Of a DNA stretch of 64,000 nt, positions 41,681-55,971 are shown one piece after another. The translations under genes were made by a program, and so were the position numbers. Origin of the DNA: Eledone cirrhosa (lineage: Eukaryota); the NCBI GenBank assembly GCA_964016885.1, contig OZ024743.1, positions 75,702,001-75,766,000 of the forward strand, written 5' to 3'. Each line of letters starts with the position of its first letter. Position 1 is the stretch's first letter. The notes under the pieces are model-generated. The model worked only from the letters and a program-made list of their open reading frames with translations, did no database searches and was not told where the DNA came from.

Positions 41681-42644
41681 GAGAAACTACATTATATAAT
41701 GTGCTCTTTCCTTATCTTAGACGGTAGGTTGTGATTTGAAGGAGATTTCTCTACTGTTAGACTAGTACTGAGTTGATGTTTGTCATATTTAACAAACAAT
41801 ACACTAATCCTGTCTCTTAGTCAGTGATGTCTTCCTTTTTATTTTACATCTCTCTTGGTTTTATTTCATACATGGTCCCGTAACTCTTGAGGGAGTCGTA
41901 GTGGCGCCATATTAATACAGCGTTTCTAGGTCATTGTTTAAAACATGGTGGAGCCTATCGCTCTCCAGGTTTGTATACACCAGATTTCTTCCAGAGAAGG
42001 ATATAGAAGGTGAGAGAATGGAAGTGAGAAAGAGATATAAAGGAAGAATCGACCCCATTACTTGACTGGTACATTTGTTTTATCGACCTTGAATGGATGA
42101 AAGGCAAAATTGACCTCAGTTGGATTTGAACTCAGAGAGCCGAAAGGAATACCACAAAGTATTCTATCTGACGTTCTAACGGCTTGACTAACTGGCCGCC
42201 CTATTTATTTCATAACAAAACGCTATATCGGCTGTTTTGTCCTCTTACATCAATATCTGTTTCGGTACATTAAATAATTAAGAGGAACACCGTTAAAACG
42301 ATGCTTGTTGTTATATAATAGCAGGAAAACAACAATTTTGTTTCATATCATTTGGTGCATATTTCTGCTGTAGTAGCAAAACAGTACAATTGCAAGTTTG
42401 CAAGTTAGCATGTCATTGTAATATTTACAGTAAATACTATACTCCAGCGGCGATGTAACAATTGTTATTGTAACAACCAGTAGCATGATATAACAGAGTG
42501 TCCTCTAAGAGGTCATTCGAAATAACAGTTTCTTTTAAAAAGGAAGGACAACAACAATAACAACTTGCATCTGTGTTGGGTTGTATTTATGCGTGCGTCT
42601 GCGTATGTGTGTGTTTATATATATATATATATATTTATTTATTT

Positions 42645-43225
42645 AGGGCAGTCGACAGAGGTAGAAGCTGCTAAATTGTCGGTCGCCCTCTTGTCTCTGA
42701 TTTTCAGCACCATGGATTTTATCTGTTATATTCCTTTGTTATATTTCGAATACCTGATGATGTCACCGGATTCATACTGAACCCGTTCATTGAAATGATA
42801 ATAGTATAATAAACCTTTCAAGGATTTACACCAGTCCAGCCTCCTGTTATTTTATATATATATATATTTAGGTTTGAAGGTTCACCACTGGATAGAGCTG
42901 GTCATTCCGTATGGTCAATGATGATGTAATAATATGGAGAGTACTCAACGTAAAGCAGCTCAACCGTCTTCGTTTGTGTAGTTGGTGGTGCGAGTACGGA
43001 GTTAAATATTATAATAAAATAACAGGAGGCTGGACTTGTGTAAATCCTTGAAAGGTTTATTATACTATGATCATCTCAATGATTGGGTTCCGTATGAATC
43101 CGGTGATATCATCAGCTATTCGAAATATAATAAATGAATGTAACAGATAAAATCCATGAGGCTGAAAATCATAGACCCGAGGACGACTGACCATCTAGCA
43201 TCTTCCACTTTAGCCGGTCGCCCTC
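42645..43225. mobile_element. Two inverted copies of hammerhead family 4 separated by (TA)n
   Basis: Motifs at 42750-42807 (+) and 43062-43119 (-, GAAA mutated). Confidence 0.75.
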
Positions 43226-43380
43226 ATATATATATGTGTGTGTGTATTATAGATCTACACAATCCTTCACCCCTTAAAACAAAACTTTGTGTGGGTACTT
43301 CAACACCAGTTCACTTTCTCACATCAACTTTTGTTGGATACTCATACGTCGGATATCGACGGGAGAGTCCATCATATATA

Positions 43381-43464
43381 CAGGTAAAATTCCGTTATAA
43401 CGAATACCATTATAACGAATTTTTTTATATACTCCGTGAATTTCGTTATAACAGAATTTTACTG
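43381..43464. mobile_element. Tiny Tigger-like MITE
   Basis: TIRs CAGGTAAAATTCCGTTATAACGAA / TTCGTTATAACAGAATTTTACTG. Confidence 0.75.
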
Positions 43465-43535
43465 TGTGTGTATATATATATATATATATATGCACACAGT
43501 AAAATTATATATATATATGTATATATATATGTATG

Positions 43536-43583
<48 letters not shown>

Positions 43584-43669
43584 AAAGTTTTATTTAAAAT
43601 TGTTGGGTTACAACAAGTAAATATTTTATAACCGATATAAAGCACTCGACAAGTTTTTGGAGTAGATAT

Positions 43670-44409
<740 letters not shown>

Positions 44410-44520
44410 ATATATATGTATATTTATATATATATGTGAAGTAATTCCGTCGGAAAGGTCCATGAAAAAATCCTGGTGTATTTATTTAAAAATCCAATGT
44501 CAATAAATGCACCAGGATTT

Positions 44521-44581
44521 TTTTATTCTGATGATTGAAAGAAAAATTTGTTTGCTTTCAAGAAACCACTGGTAAATGAAA
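44521..44581 (+). ncRNA. Type-I hammerhead motif, family 5
   Basis: TTTTATT-CTGATGA-TTGAAAG/CTTTCAA-GAAA-CCACTGG-T-A-AATGAAA; full core and complementary stems. Confidence 0.85.
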
Positions 44582-44605
44582 TAATTGCCTTATGTTGTTT
44601 ATTAC

Positions 44606-44666
<61 letters not shown>

Positions 44667-44668
44667 CG

Positions 44669-44765
44669 AGACGTATCTGAGGATCCCGCGATTTCAGAGT
44701 CAGGTTCGATCATCACATCGATCGTGCCTCGAGTTGGTCGCCAGAGAAACGATTGTAATATGTCT
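44669..44765 (+). ncRNA. Type-I hammerhead motif, family 6
   Basis: AGACGTAT-CTGAGGA-TC..GCGA...TCGC..GA-GAAA-CGATTG-T-A-ATATGTCT. Confidence 0.75.
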
Positions 44766-44800
44766 AATATTATTCTCCGTTTCTTATGTGATATATATAT

Positions 44801-44831
<31 letters not shown>

Positions 44832-44836
<5 letters not shown>

Positions 44837-45135
44837 AGAAAAAGAGATGAAATCGAAAATGCAACTGGAGTCTTATTTTAAAAAAATATATATATATTTA
44901 TTTGGTTCCTTTACCGGTTTCGCAGTTCTTCTGCTTTTCAAAAGGTGAGTTGAGATGGAAGGTCTGTGGATTTTCTCACATCTGATGTGAGAAAAACCAC
45001 AGACCCTCCATCTCAACTCACCTTTTGAAAAGCAGAAGAACTGCGAAACCGGTAAAGGAACCAAATAAATATATATATTTTAAAAAAAAGTAAGACTCCA
45101 GTTGCATTTTCGATTTCATCTCTTTTTCTTTATAC
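44832..45135. mobile_element. Near-perfect palindrome, ~150-bp arms (family 7); third copy at 51719-51860
   Basis: Centre TCTCACATC-T-GATGTGAGA; (TA)n flanks. Confidence 0.85.
45021..45058 (+). ncRNA. 38-nt minimal hammerhead with U3-A8 covariation (mirror 44908-44945; copy 51787-51820, -)
   Basis: CCTT-TTGAAAA-GCAG/CTGC-GAAA-CCGG-T-A-AAGG. Confidence 0.8.
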
Positions 45136-45169
45136 TTTCATATATATATATAAATTTATATATATATAT

Positions 45170-45358
45170 AACGAAGGAAATGTGGTAAGGAACCAGGTGG
45201 ACCATAACGCACCAAAGTACTCAATACTTGAGGTAGTAGAGTGGGTAATAGGAACCAGTAAGACCCCGACAGCTGAGCTCAAGCCGTTTCGACGGCTAAT
45301 TCTGGACTGAATTAGCCGTCGAAACGGCTTGAGCTCAGCTGTCGGGGTCTTACTGGTT

Positions 45359-45362
<4 letters not shown>
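45170..45362. mobile_element. Foldback element with perfect 54-bp arms carrying the 3' half of a hammerhead (family 8)
   Basis: GAAA-CGGCT-TGAGCTC-AGCTG-T-C-GGGGT; the CUGANGA half is lost at the inversion point. Confidence 0.7.
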
Positions 45363-45417
<55 letters not shown>

Positions 45418-45421
<4 letters not shown>

Positions 45422-45950
45422 ACAGGAGGCTGGACTGGTGCAATTCCTTAAAAGGTTTATTATACTATGATCATTTCAATGACCGGGTTCAGTATGAATC
45501 CGGTGACATCATCAGGTATTCGAAATTTAACAAAGGAATATAACAGATAAAATCCATGGGGCTGAAAAGCAGAGAAGAAGAATTAATAATCTTCACTTGA
45601 GGGCGGCCGACCGGGCTAGAAGCTGCTAAATGTTCGGCCACCTTCCTGTCTCTGCTTTTCAGCCCCATGGATTTTGTCTTTTATTAAATTTCGAATACCT
45701 GATGATGTCACCGGATTCATACTGAACCCGGTCCATGAAATTATCATAGTATAATAAAGCTTTTAAGGAATTACACCAGCCCAGTCTCCTGTTATTTTAT
45801 AATAATTAACTCCGTACTCGCACCACCAACTACACAAACGAAGACGGGTGAGTTGCATTACGTCGAGTGCTCTCCCTAATATTACATCAAGGTTGACTAT
45901 ACGGAATGACCAGTTCTATCCATTGGTGAACCAACAAACATAAATACATA
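45418..45950. mobile_element. Family 4 element: short inverted copy plus long copy, each with a hammerhead
   Basis: 45462-45519 (-) reads ATAC-CTGATGA..ACCGG/CCGGT..GAAA-TGATCA-T-A-GTAT; second motif at 45695-45752 (+). Confidence 0.8.
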
Positions 45951-46213
45951 TATATATATACAGAGAGAGAGAGAGAGAGAGAGAGGGGGAGAGAGAGAGA
46001 GAGAGAGAAAGAGGGGGAGAGCGAGAGAGATAGAGCGAGAGAGAGAGAGAGTGAGAGCGGGAGAAAGAAAGGGAGTAAGAAAGAGAGAGGGAAAGGAAAA
46101 AAGATGGGAGAGATATCGTAAAAATGAAAACATGGCTTTATGGCGAGAAAAAGAGTAGCTTTCAATGTTATCACAGAATAATTCCTGAGAACATTAAAAC
46201 AATAGTTATTTTA

Positions 46214-47439
46214 TCTCCTTATAATATATAACCAGCAATTTCTCTGTCTGTCTGCCCGACAGTGGAAACACGTACGCGCATGCGAATGTTTTTTGCGCAC
46301 GCGTAGAGAGAGAGTGAGAGTTAAAGAAAGAGACAGACTACGAGAGGGGGATAGCGGGAGGGAGAGAGGAAGGAAGAGAGAGAGAGTGAATAGATGCTAA
46401 AACACGTGCGCGCGTGCGAATGTTTTTTTGCGCACGCGTAGAGAGAGAGTGAGAGTGAAAGAAAGAGACAGACTACAAGAGGGGGATAGCGGGAGGGAGA
46501 GAGGGGGGAATTGAAGAGTGCTACAGAAACATATATACATTTCTGTGTGTGTGTAATATATATATATATACACACACAGAAATATATATATATACAGACA
46601 GAAATATATATACATTTCTGTGTGTGTAATATATATATATACATTTCTGTGTGTGTAATATATAGACTAGCAGAAAACCACCCGGTGGGTGGTTTTCTGC
46701 TAGTCTATATATCTAAAACAGAGAATGTCTGTCTGTCTGACTCCCTAAAACTCGAGAACCACCCAATCGATTTATTTCAAACGTTACACATGTAATACTT
46801 ATGGTCGTGTGAGTGTTTTGAGCAAAAAGTATTTAAAATTTTCAATGCCCTAGGGACCGCATTAGGCGATTTAGCGATCTCTCTCTCTTAATTTTTCTTA
46901 GTCTGTCTTTTTAGATAGATACTACAACGTCGCGCCCTTATAATATCTGTCTGTATGTCTGGCTGTCTGCATTACGACATTATGACACTATCTGTGTGTA
47001 TATATCTATATATATAGTGTGTAACGTTTTTCGAAATATTTACTTCTGCGTTCACAGATTGATTTTTTTAGTTTCAGAAGATCCCGTTAAGGGTGAAAGC
47101 AGCGATTCTTCGCTTAAACTTTATTCTGTTATTTTAATATATATGTATATATATATAATTATATATTCGTATACAGATATTTTTGCATACACAATAACAA
47201 AACATAAACAAACGTATTTATTTCACGCAACAACAACAACAAAAAAGAGAGGGAACGCAATTACATGCTTTTGAAAAATCTTAATGGAAAATTATTTGCC
47301 TATTCACCCAAAGCGACTTCCCTTTTTATTAGGACTTCTGCAGCAATTGGTGAACATTCAACGAAACTGTTTCAGAAAGGAGGGATAAACATGCCAATCT
47401 ATGTTTAGAATACGGAGAAACGCCGGGCCATTCTGCTAG
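46214..47439 (+). mobile_element. Two head-to-tail non-autonomous Helitrons (46214-46703 and 46704-47439)
   Basis: A|TC start, (GTCT)n near the 5' ends, junction CTAG/TCTATATATCTAAAA, final AAACGCCGGGCCATTCTGCTAG|T. Confidence 0.7.
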
Positions 47440-47544
47440 TATTATATACAAAATACAAAAATGTCTGATTAAATAAAAATTGAAATTACCAAATAACTTA
47501 AGTGACACTTATAATGTGGACCATGTCGTTTTACTTTTAGACAT

Positions 47545-48525
47545 AATGGTTTCTGATTTAGGCACAAGGTCAATAATCTTGGGGGAGGGGAAAGTCGATT
47601 AAATCAACCCCAGTGTATTACTGGTACTTTATTTTATCGACCCGGTAAGGATGAAAGGCAAACCTAATCTCGGCGGTATTTGAACTCAGATATGGCTGGA
47701 TCCCCAAGCGAGAGCAGCAAAGCTCATGGATGTTATCCAACCATCTTGCTTGGGATTTGCCCCTGGATCACCTGCCGATTAGTTTTGCCCGCAAAATCTA
47801 CCCGGCGTTTCTTTCCTGTGACAGTTTAACCACATGGCCATAAGGCCACCTACAGGAATACCGAGATCTGAAAAGAGAAATTGCAAGAATCTTGAGTATA
47901 AACAGCTGTTGAATTATTGGTCTCTGATTTAGGCACAAGACCAACAATTTTGGGGGGAGGGGAAAGTCGATTAGATCGACTCCAGTTCATTTCTGGTACT
48001 TTATTTTATCGATCTCGTAATGCGAAGTTAACCTCGGCAGGATTTAACTCAGATCGCAAAGGGCCGTAACTCTATGCCATACAGCATGTTATCCGATGCT
48101 CTACCGATACTGCCAATCTCCCAATCCAATCATTATTAGATTGGACTGGGAGATTGGCAGTATCAGTAGAAGGTCGGACGCCATGCTTTGCAGCATAGAG
48201 TTATGCCCCTTTATGGTGTAAGTTCAAATCTCGCCGAGGTTCACTTTGCCTTTCATCCTTACGAGGTCGATAAAATAAAGTACCAGTAATGTACTGGGGT
48301 AATTGCTGGCCTTGTGCCAATAGTAGAAACAATTATTAGATTGGATTGGCAGTATCGGTTGAGGGTTGGACGCCATGCTTTGCAGCATAGAGTTACGGTC
48401 CTTTATGGTCTGAGTTCAAATTCCGCCGAGGTTAACTTTCCCTTTCATCCTTACGGGGTCAATAAAATAAAGTACCAGTAATATACAGGGATAATTGCTG
48501 GCCTTGTGTCAAAAGTAGAAACAAT
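47545..48525. mobile_element. Cluster of four SINEs (two -, two +) with an RTE fragment
   Basis: The + copy at 48146-48331 is flanked by ATTATTAGATTGGA (48132-48145 / 48332-48345); A-box TGGCAGTATCGG and B-box GTTCAAAT. Confidence 0.85.
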
Positions 48526-48954
48526 TAATAGAGAAATCTTGTGAAATGCCTTGCGGTGTTTAGTTAGGGATCTATAAGTTCTGTGTTTAAATCCTATCAA
48601 GGTCGGATATGTTTCTTATTCTTCCAGGGTTGATCAAATAACACAGAAGTGTTGAGTCAATAAATGGAGATATTTTATATTATTTAAGCTCTAAACTATT
48701 TATTGAGCTTTTACTGAGAAATATTATATATGCTTATTTAATGTATTGATTAAGCCTGAAATTAAGTTGTATATATATATATATATATAGGGAGAGAGAG
48801 AGGGGGAGAGAGGGATAGGGTTGAGAGAGAGAGAGAGAAAGGGAGTAAGAAAGAGAGAGGGAAAGAGGTAAAAAGATGTGCAGCCTTCTGTCTTTGTTAA
48901 ATATCTGATAGGAAGTTGACCCCTTGATAGTAATACCATACAGTTATTAACACT

Positions 48955-49845
48955 TGACACTCTCAACACTATCAACACTATCAACACTATCAACACAACA
49001 CTATCAACACTCTCAACACTATCAACACTATCAACACTATCAACACTATCAACACTATCAACACAACACTATCAACACTATCAACACTATCAACACAACA
49101 CTATCAACACTATCAACACTATCAATACTATCAATACAACACTATCAACACTATCAACACAACACTATCAACACTATCAACACAACACTATCAACTCTAT
49201 CAACACTATCAACACTATCAACACAACACTATCAACACTATCAACACTATCAACACTATCAACACAGCACTATCAACACTATCAACACTATCAACACAAC
49301 ACTATCAACACTATCAACACTATCAACACTATCAACACTATCAACACAACACTATCAACACTATCAACACAACACTATCAACACTATCAACACTATCAAC
49401 ACAACAGTATCAACACTATCAACACAACACTATCAACACTATCAACACTATCAACACTATCAACACTATCAATACAACACAATCAACACTATCAACACTA
49501 TCAACACAACACTATCAACACAACACTATCAACTCTATCAACACTATTAACACTATCAACACAACACTATCAACACTATCAACACAACACTATCAACACT
49601 ATCAACACTATCAACACAACACTATCAACACTATCACCACAACACTATCACCACAACACTATCAACACTATCAACACTATCAACACTATCAACACAGCAC
49701 TATCAACACTATCAACACTATCAACACAACACTATCAACACTATCAACACTATCAACATTATCAACACAACACTATCAACACTATCAACACCACACTATC
49801 AACACTATCAATACTATCAACACTATCAACACACAACACTATTAA
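48955..49845 (+). repeat. (CAACACTAT)n 9-bp array with CAACA insertions
   Basis: Direct reading. Confidence 0.95.
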
Positions 49846-50913
49846 CAGTATTTAGTGTGTTTAAGGGATTCATTGCAATTAGAAACATTAAAAGTTCTGG
49901 AAAAAATACATTTGTTTGAATAGAAGAAGAATATATTTATAATGATGCAAATCACCGTTAAATAATATGTGAAAATGGTGATGAATATAAACAATTTGAA
50001 ATAAAACAAACATTAAATATCATCTGCTGGGTTAGAAAGACATGTTAACATTGATTTTGGTAAGAGTAAAATTGGAACAAGTGTATAAAGCGAAGAGAAT
50101 ATTCTCCCAATGATGATGTTAGTCATTTATTGAGAATACCGTCAATGTAAACAGAACCACGATATAAAGGATGGTGGTGGAGATGTTGGCCAGCTAAGTC
50201 AGGGATGTGACCGACATGAAAGAGAGTTTGATGTAGATACAACACTGGCAATGATAGTGAGGCAAATGATGGTGATGGTTGTGCTGATGAAACTAATGGG
50301 ATCAGAATAATTCCTAATCTAAGGTTAAATTTCTTCTTTTGATTTTATACACAGTTACAAACTATGGGGGAGAATTGGCGCCGAGGTCGAATATCTGTGG
50401 AGCATTACCCTAAAGTAGTAAGCTAGAATAGGCGATGCTGAATCGGTAATTGTGAAGGGATCTAAACTGAAATGAGAGAAGGATAGTCGGTAAGAAAGAG
50501 AGAAAAAGGCAAAGAAAGTGCAATGTAAATATAGTTTGAAGTCGTCTACTGCATATAAACAGTTTTAATGATGAAAAGACAAGCAGAAAAGAAGAAAAAA
50601 CAGAGAAGTATTAATAGTCGTTAAAACAGGAAGTTACAACAAAACTGTGATCTGAGAGAATACTTTAGGCCATGTTGACTGCGAGAGGGTAACATTGGAT
50701 TGTAATGTATATATTTACAGGGAACTTTAGAAGCAAAGATCGTAAGGGTAAGTTCATAGGAAAATTTACTTATTGGTAGACGTGTGTTGTAGAGTGAAAG
50801 GTAAGTCCTCGCCAACAAAAGCCGTAAACATGTTTCGATTCTTGATTGAAACATTTACACATATTCTTCAGTAAGTTATGAATATCACACAATCATATTT
50901 CTATCCTCTAAAT

Positions 50914-51206
50914 CAGTGATTCTTAATCTGGGGTCCCTGCACGCCCAAGGGGTCCAAGATTCAGTTCTTGGAGGTGCAAGGAGAGGTTCAAGTCACATCA
51001 AAGATTAAAATATTTTCATTGGATATTTTCTGTTACTTTCAATAATTTGTATTGTAATGGTAATTAATTAGATAGTAGCAGCTAATTAGTTGATAATTTG
51101 ACCTGGAAATTCAAGTTGTTTTGTCTTATGTGTTAGGTCTAGCGTTGCGGGAGGGAATTTGAAATTCTCAAAGGGTACCGCGATAGAAACAAGGTAAGAA
51201 CCACTG
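50914..51206. mobile_element. hAT/Charlie-like MITE
   Basis: Termini CAGTGATTCTTA / TAAGAACCACTG; no clear 8-bp TSD. Confidence 0.6.
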
Positions 51207-52489
51207 CTGATCTTATGATCTTGTATCGAACTCAAAATCAATATTTAGCTATTAACGACAACTTTATGAGAAGTATGTTACCTTGAGACGTTTAGAATCT
51301 CAATTAAAACCATTTCAATTGTTTCTATGTTCTTCAGAAAAGTATAAACATCGTAATTTTCTCTATTTCTTTACTTTGAAAATACAGGATATTTGTTTTT
51401 AATGTTTATTTTAAAATTATTTTTATTTTTTAAGGAATTCTTATCTATTTTATTATGTCAATTATATTATGTCATCATATTATGTCAACATATGTCAACT
51501 ATATTATGTCAACATATGTCAACTATATTATGTCAACATGTCAACTATATTATGTCAACTATATTTTACAGTCAAGAGTTATACAATAATGGAAATATTA
51601 TCTGTTATACATACATATATTATGTCAACTATATTTTACATAAACATATTATGTCAACTATATTTTACATACAGAAGTTATACAAATATTAATATATATA
51701 TATATATATATATATATAGAAAAAGATGAAATCGAAAATGCAACTGGAGTCTTATTTAAAAAATATATATATATATTTATTTGGTTCCTTTACCGGTTTC
51801 GCAGTTCTGCTTTTCAAAAGTAGAGTTGAGATGGAGGGTCCGTGGTTTTTCTCACATCTGGTTGGTCTTTGAATGGTACTTGTTTTATATGGAAAAAGTG
51901 GCTCGAAACGCCAGGTTTTTAGAGAAGTAATTTGATTGGTTGGTCAATAAGTATAATAAATTTCGCGCCAGTTCGCGTTACAAAGTTCTTCAAACGGGGT
52001 GGGGTGGGGTGGGGGGGGGGGGACTCAGGTTGTTTTTTCATATATGAGTGTTTGAATTTCTTTTTACTTAAAAAAAGGGGCTCACGAAGGCTTTTTTTTT
52101 AAAAAATGTAATTTGATTGGTTATAAATGAAATTATGGTTGTCACGTGAACAAGTTCATTAAAATTTCGCGCCCGTATTTTGGAATTTATTTTGTAGCCT
52201 TTTAAAGAATTTTATGACAATAAAAAAAGTGGCTCCCGAAGGCTTTTTAAAAAAAAATGCAATTTGCTTGGTTATAAATGAAATTATGACTGTCACGTGA
52301 ACAAGTTCCGCGCCCGTATTTGGGAATTTATTTTGTAGCCTTTTAGAGAATTTTATGACAAGCAAAAGAATGGTCAAGAGAAATGGGATGGGAGAATTGT
52401 TCTGGTTCAGTGAATATGGCTAGTTCGCTGGGGTGTCAGAGTTCAGATTTTCTATTGAAATAAAGAAAGTAGACATATGTATGTTTATT

Positions 52490-52541
<52 letters not shown>

Positions 52542-53118
52542 GGAAGATGATTCTATTGGTAGAAATGGGGGAGGGAGTTGTGTGTGTGTGTATATGGGTG
52601 TTATGTGTGTGTGGGAGTATGTTAAGATGGAGAGAATATATATATTTTGTGTGTGTGTAGGAAAGTGATTCTATTAGTAGAAATGGGAGAGGGAGTTGTG
52701 TGTGTGTAGGGGGGGGGGTGTTATGTGTGTGTGTATGGGTGTTATGTGTGTGTGGGTGTATGGTTAGCATGTTAAGATGAAGAGAATATATATTTTCTGT
52801 GTGTGTGTGTAGGAAAATGATTCCGTTAGTAGGAATATTTTTGAATGAACATATTTTCCTTACTTATTCGTATTTGTTCTGTTGTATTGTCAGCGCAAAC
52901 GTTAAGGTTTATTTAGTTCGGGTTTTTATTTTCTAAAGTAGAAGGTGTTATGTGTGTGTGTGTGTGTGTATGTGTCTGTTTGGATGGTTAGCATGTTATG
53001 GTGTTGACATAATGTATATTAAACCATATTTAATGCTGGTCTAGATTTTTGAATAAACATATTTTCCTTATTTATTCGTATTTGTTCTGTTGTATTGTCA
53101 GCGCAATATATATATATA

Positions 53119-53305
53119 ATTGTTTCTACTTTTGGCACAAGGCCAGCAATTACCCAGTACATTACTGGTACTTTATTTTATCGACCCTGTAAGGATGAAA
53201 GGCAAAGTTAACCTCAGCGGGATTTGAACTCAGATCATAAAGGGCCGTAACTCTTTGCTGCAAAGCATGGCGTCCGACCCTCTACCGATACTGCCAATTC
53301 ACCGC
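53119..53305 (-). mobile_element. Full-length SINE; further copies at 42045-42200, 54770-54958 and 55845-56010
   Basis: A-box, B-box, core and 3' end are all present. Confidence 0.9.
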
Positions 53306-53337
53306 CCTTATATATATATAGGTAGCGAAACAAACGG

Positions 53338-53544
<207 letters not shown>

Positions 53545-53579
53545 CATACATACATACATACATACATACATACATACAT

Positions 53580-53634
<55 letters not shown>

Positions 53635-53812
53635 TGGATGGATACTTCAACAGGTACAATGTACTTGTAGAAATATTCAAGTTGTTTATAATACATGTGG
53701 TTCAATGGCACTAATTCGAGATACCAGAACAATATAAAAGTAGCGAAACAAACGGTTATTAAACAATTTTCTAAATAAATTAAAAAATGATTAAATAATC
53801 ACCTGTTCAGAC

Positions 53813-53893
53813 GCTGTTACCGACGGTTTCATCATTCCGAAAGATTGAAATTCCAACGAATTTCCAATGGAATGAAATGAATCTTCAGACAGC
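53813..53893 (-). ncRNA. Hammerhead motif, family 9
   Basis: GCTGT-CTGAAGA-..TCATTCC/GGAATGA.-GAAA-CCGTCGG-T-A-ACAGC. Confidence 0.7.
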
Positions 53894-53904
53894 CCTATTT
53901 CCAC

Positions 53905-53944
<40 letters not shown>

Positions 53945-54554
53945 GACACCGCCCTTATATATATATATATATATATATATAAGTAAGATGTATGGTAGGT
54001 CGTATGTGAATCGCGATGATCACGTCTGACTTACCAAATATGTGACGGTAGCTAGTTAAGCTCTATGCGTATATGCAGAGCAGAAATATTTGATTAGTTT
54101 CTTTCAACCTAGTTTTCAATTCAGTTTTCTGAATTTTGTAAACGTGATCTCGGGGGAAGAAGGTTTTTTTCTTTCGGAAAAAAATTTTTTTTTCTCTAGA
54201 AGAAATTTCATAGGAACTTTATATATTTTTTAGGGAAACTTTATATTTTTATTTTCTTATTTTATTAGCCTCTTAATTCTCTTCTAGACTAATAGGTTTA
54301 TTGGAGCCTGTAAGCTTTATGCACTCATTGAGGGATTTTCTGAGGTGCTTCTACGGGACACCAAGTCTTTTGGTTTAATGTTGATGCGTAAATTATATAT
54401 TTTTGTCTAATTTTTAAACTTCAATCCCTGACCCTGACAACTAATATAAAAGAGCCCCCCTTAAAGCGGAGTTGCTGATGTATACAACAATTTCAAACTG
54501 CTAGCCTTGAGTGATACGTTGATGTAAACAATGATCTTGCAATCACATGTTATA

Positions 54555-54601
54555 TGCCTTGATAAGTCCCACCATGGGGTCGGACGAAACGGCTGTCGGC
54601 A
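54555..54601 (+). ncRNA. Minimal hammerhead with U3-A8 covariation, family 10
   Basis: TGCC-TTGATAA-GTCC/GGAC-GAAA-CGGCTG-T-C-GGCA, followed directly by AATAAA. Confidence 0.82.
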
Positions 54602-54645
54602 ATAAACTTGTTATAATGTCATAATAGTTCCTTTGTTCTTTTTCA

Positions 54646-54689
<44 letters not shown>

Positions 54690-55323
54690 GACAATATATA
54701 TATATATAATGACAATCCGCGAAACTCAGACTGGCTGCCAAGAGTAATCTCACTATATAATATAATATAATTGTTTCTATTTTTGGTACAAGGCCAGCAA
54801 TTACGCAGTACATTACTGGTACTTTATTTTATCGATCGACCCCGTAAGGATGAAAGGCAAAGTTGACCTCGGCGGGATTTGAACTCAGAATAGAAAGGGC
54901 CGTAGCTCTATGCGTCAAAGCATGACGTCCTACCCTCTACCGATACTGCCAATCCACCGAATATTACAATATATGTATGTGTACACACATGATCTATCAC
55001 AATCCCTGGTCAAAGGGATTTTAACTTTGACTATTCCGTCTTATTTGCAGACATAGCCTATCAAAGCATGCATTAACCAATGTGCTGTTTCTTTTTTAAG
55101 AGTGTAGGTTGTCCTTTGGCTGCTATTTCTAGCAGCTGAAACGACCACGTAGAGGCTGGTTGGTACGTGATTTACTGTGGAGCTTGTGGTGGAACGGAGT
55201 AGAGTTAATTTTCCTGTAATTAAGACACATCCGCTACACTGAAATATCTCTCGCTTTAATGAACAATGGCGGGAGGTCAGAGTTGAGCAGTGGTTGATTT
55301 GTTGAGCAACAATGTATGACGTC

Positions 55324-55570
55324 TATTGATCTGTGTGTATCGGCATTACACCCCCTCTCCCCCTCTCTGGGGGTCTATTGATCTGTGTATATCGGCATTA
55401 CACTCCCTCTCCCCCTCTCTCTGGGAGTGTATTGATCTGTGTATATCGGCATTACACCCCCTCTCCCCCTCTCTCTGGGAGTGTATTGATCTGTGTATAT
55501 CGGCATTACACCCCCTCTCCCCCTCTCTGGGGGTGTATTGATCTGAGTATGTCGGTATTACACCCTCTCT
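55324..55570 (+). repeat. ~53-bp minisatellite, ~4.5 copies
   Basis: Unit approximately TATTGATCTGTGTATATCGGCATTACACCCCCTCTCCCCCTCTCT..GGG. Confidence 0.85.
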
Positions 55571-55971
55571 CTTTCATTCTCTCTCTCTATCTGTCTGTCT
55601 GTCTGTCTATCGGTCTATCTCTCTCCCTCATTCTCTCTCTCTATCTGTCACACACATCCACATACACACATACACACATATACACACATACACACACATG
55701 CACACACATACACACTCATACACACATACACACACATACACACACATACACACACATACACACATATACACTCATATACACTCACACACATATATACACA
55801 TAAAACCTCACGTAAATTTAAGTAGTAGAAATGAGGTTTATATAATTGTTTCTACTTTTGGTACAAGGCCAGCAAATACCCAGTGTATTACTGGTACTTT
55901 ATTTTATCGACCCCGCAAGGATGAAAGGCAAAGTTAACGTCGGAGGGATTTGACCGTAACTCTTTGCTGCA

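Noticed and set aside
49860-50325. Coding-looking stretch (..NTGNDSEANDGDGCADETNG..)
   Set aside because: Stops and frameshifts in all plus-strand frames and no recognisable homology; at most a pseudo-exon.
50340-50880. Degenerate CR1-like RT fragment on the minus strand (LYA.DDFKL-like)
   Set aside because: Too decayed to define boundaries or family.
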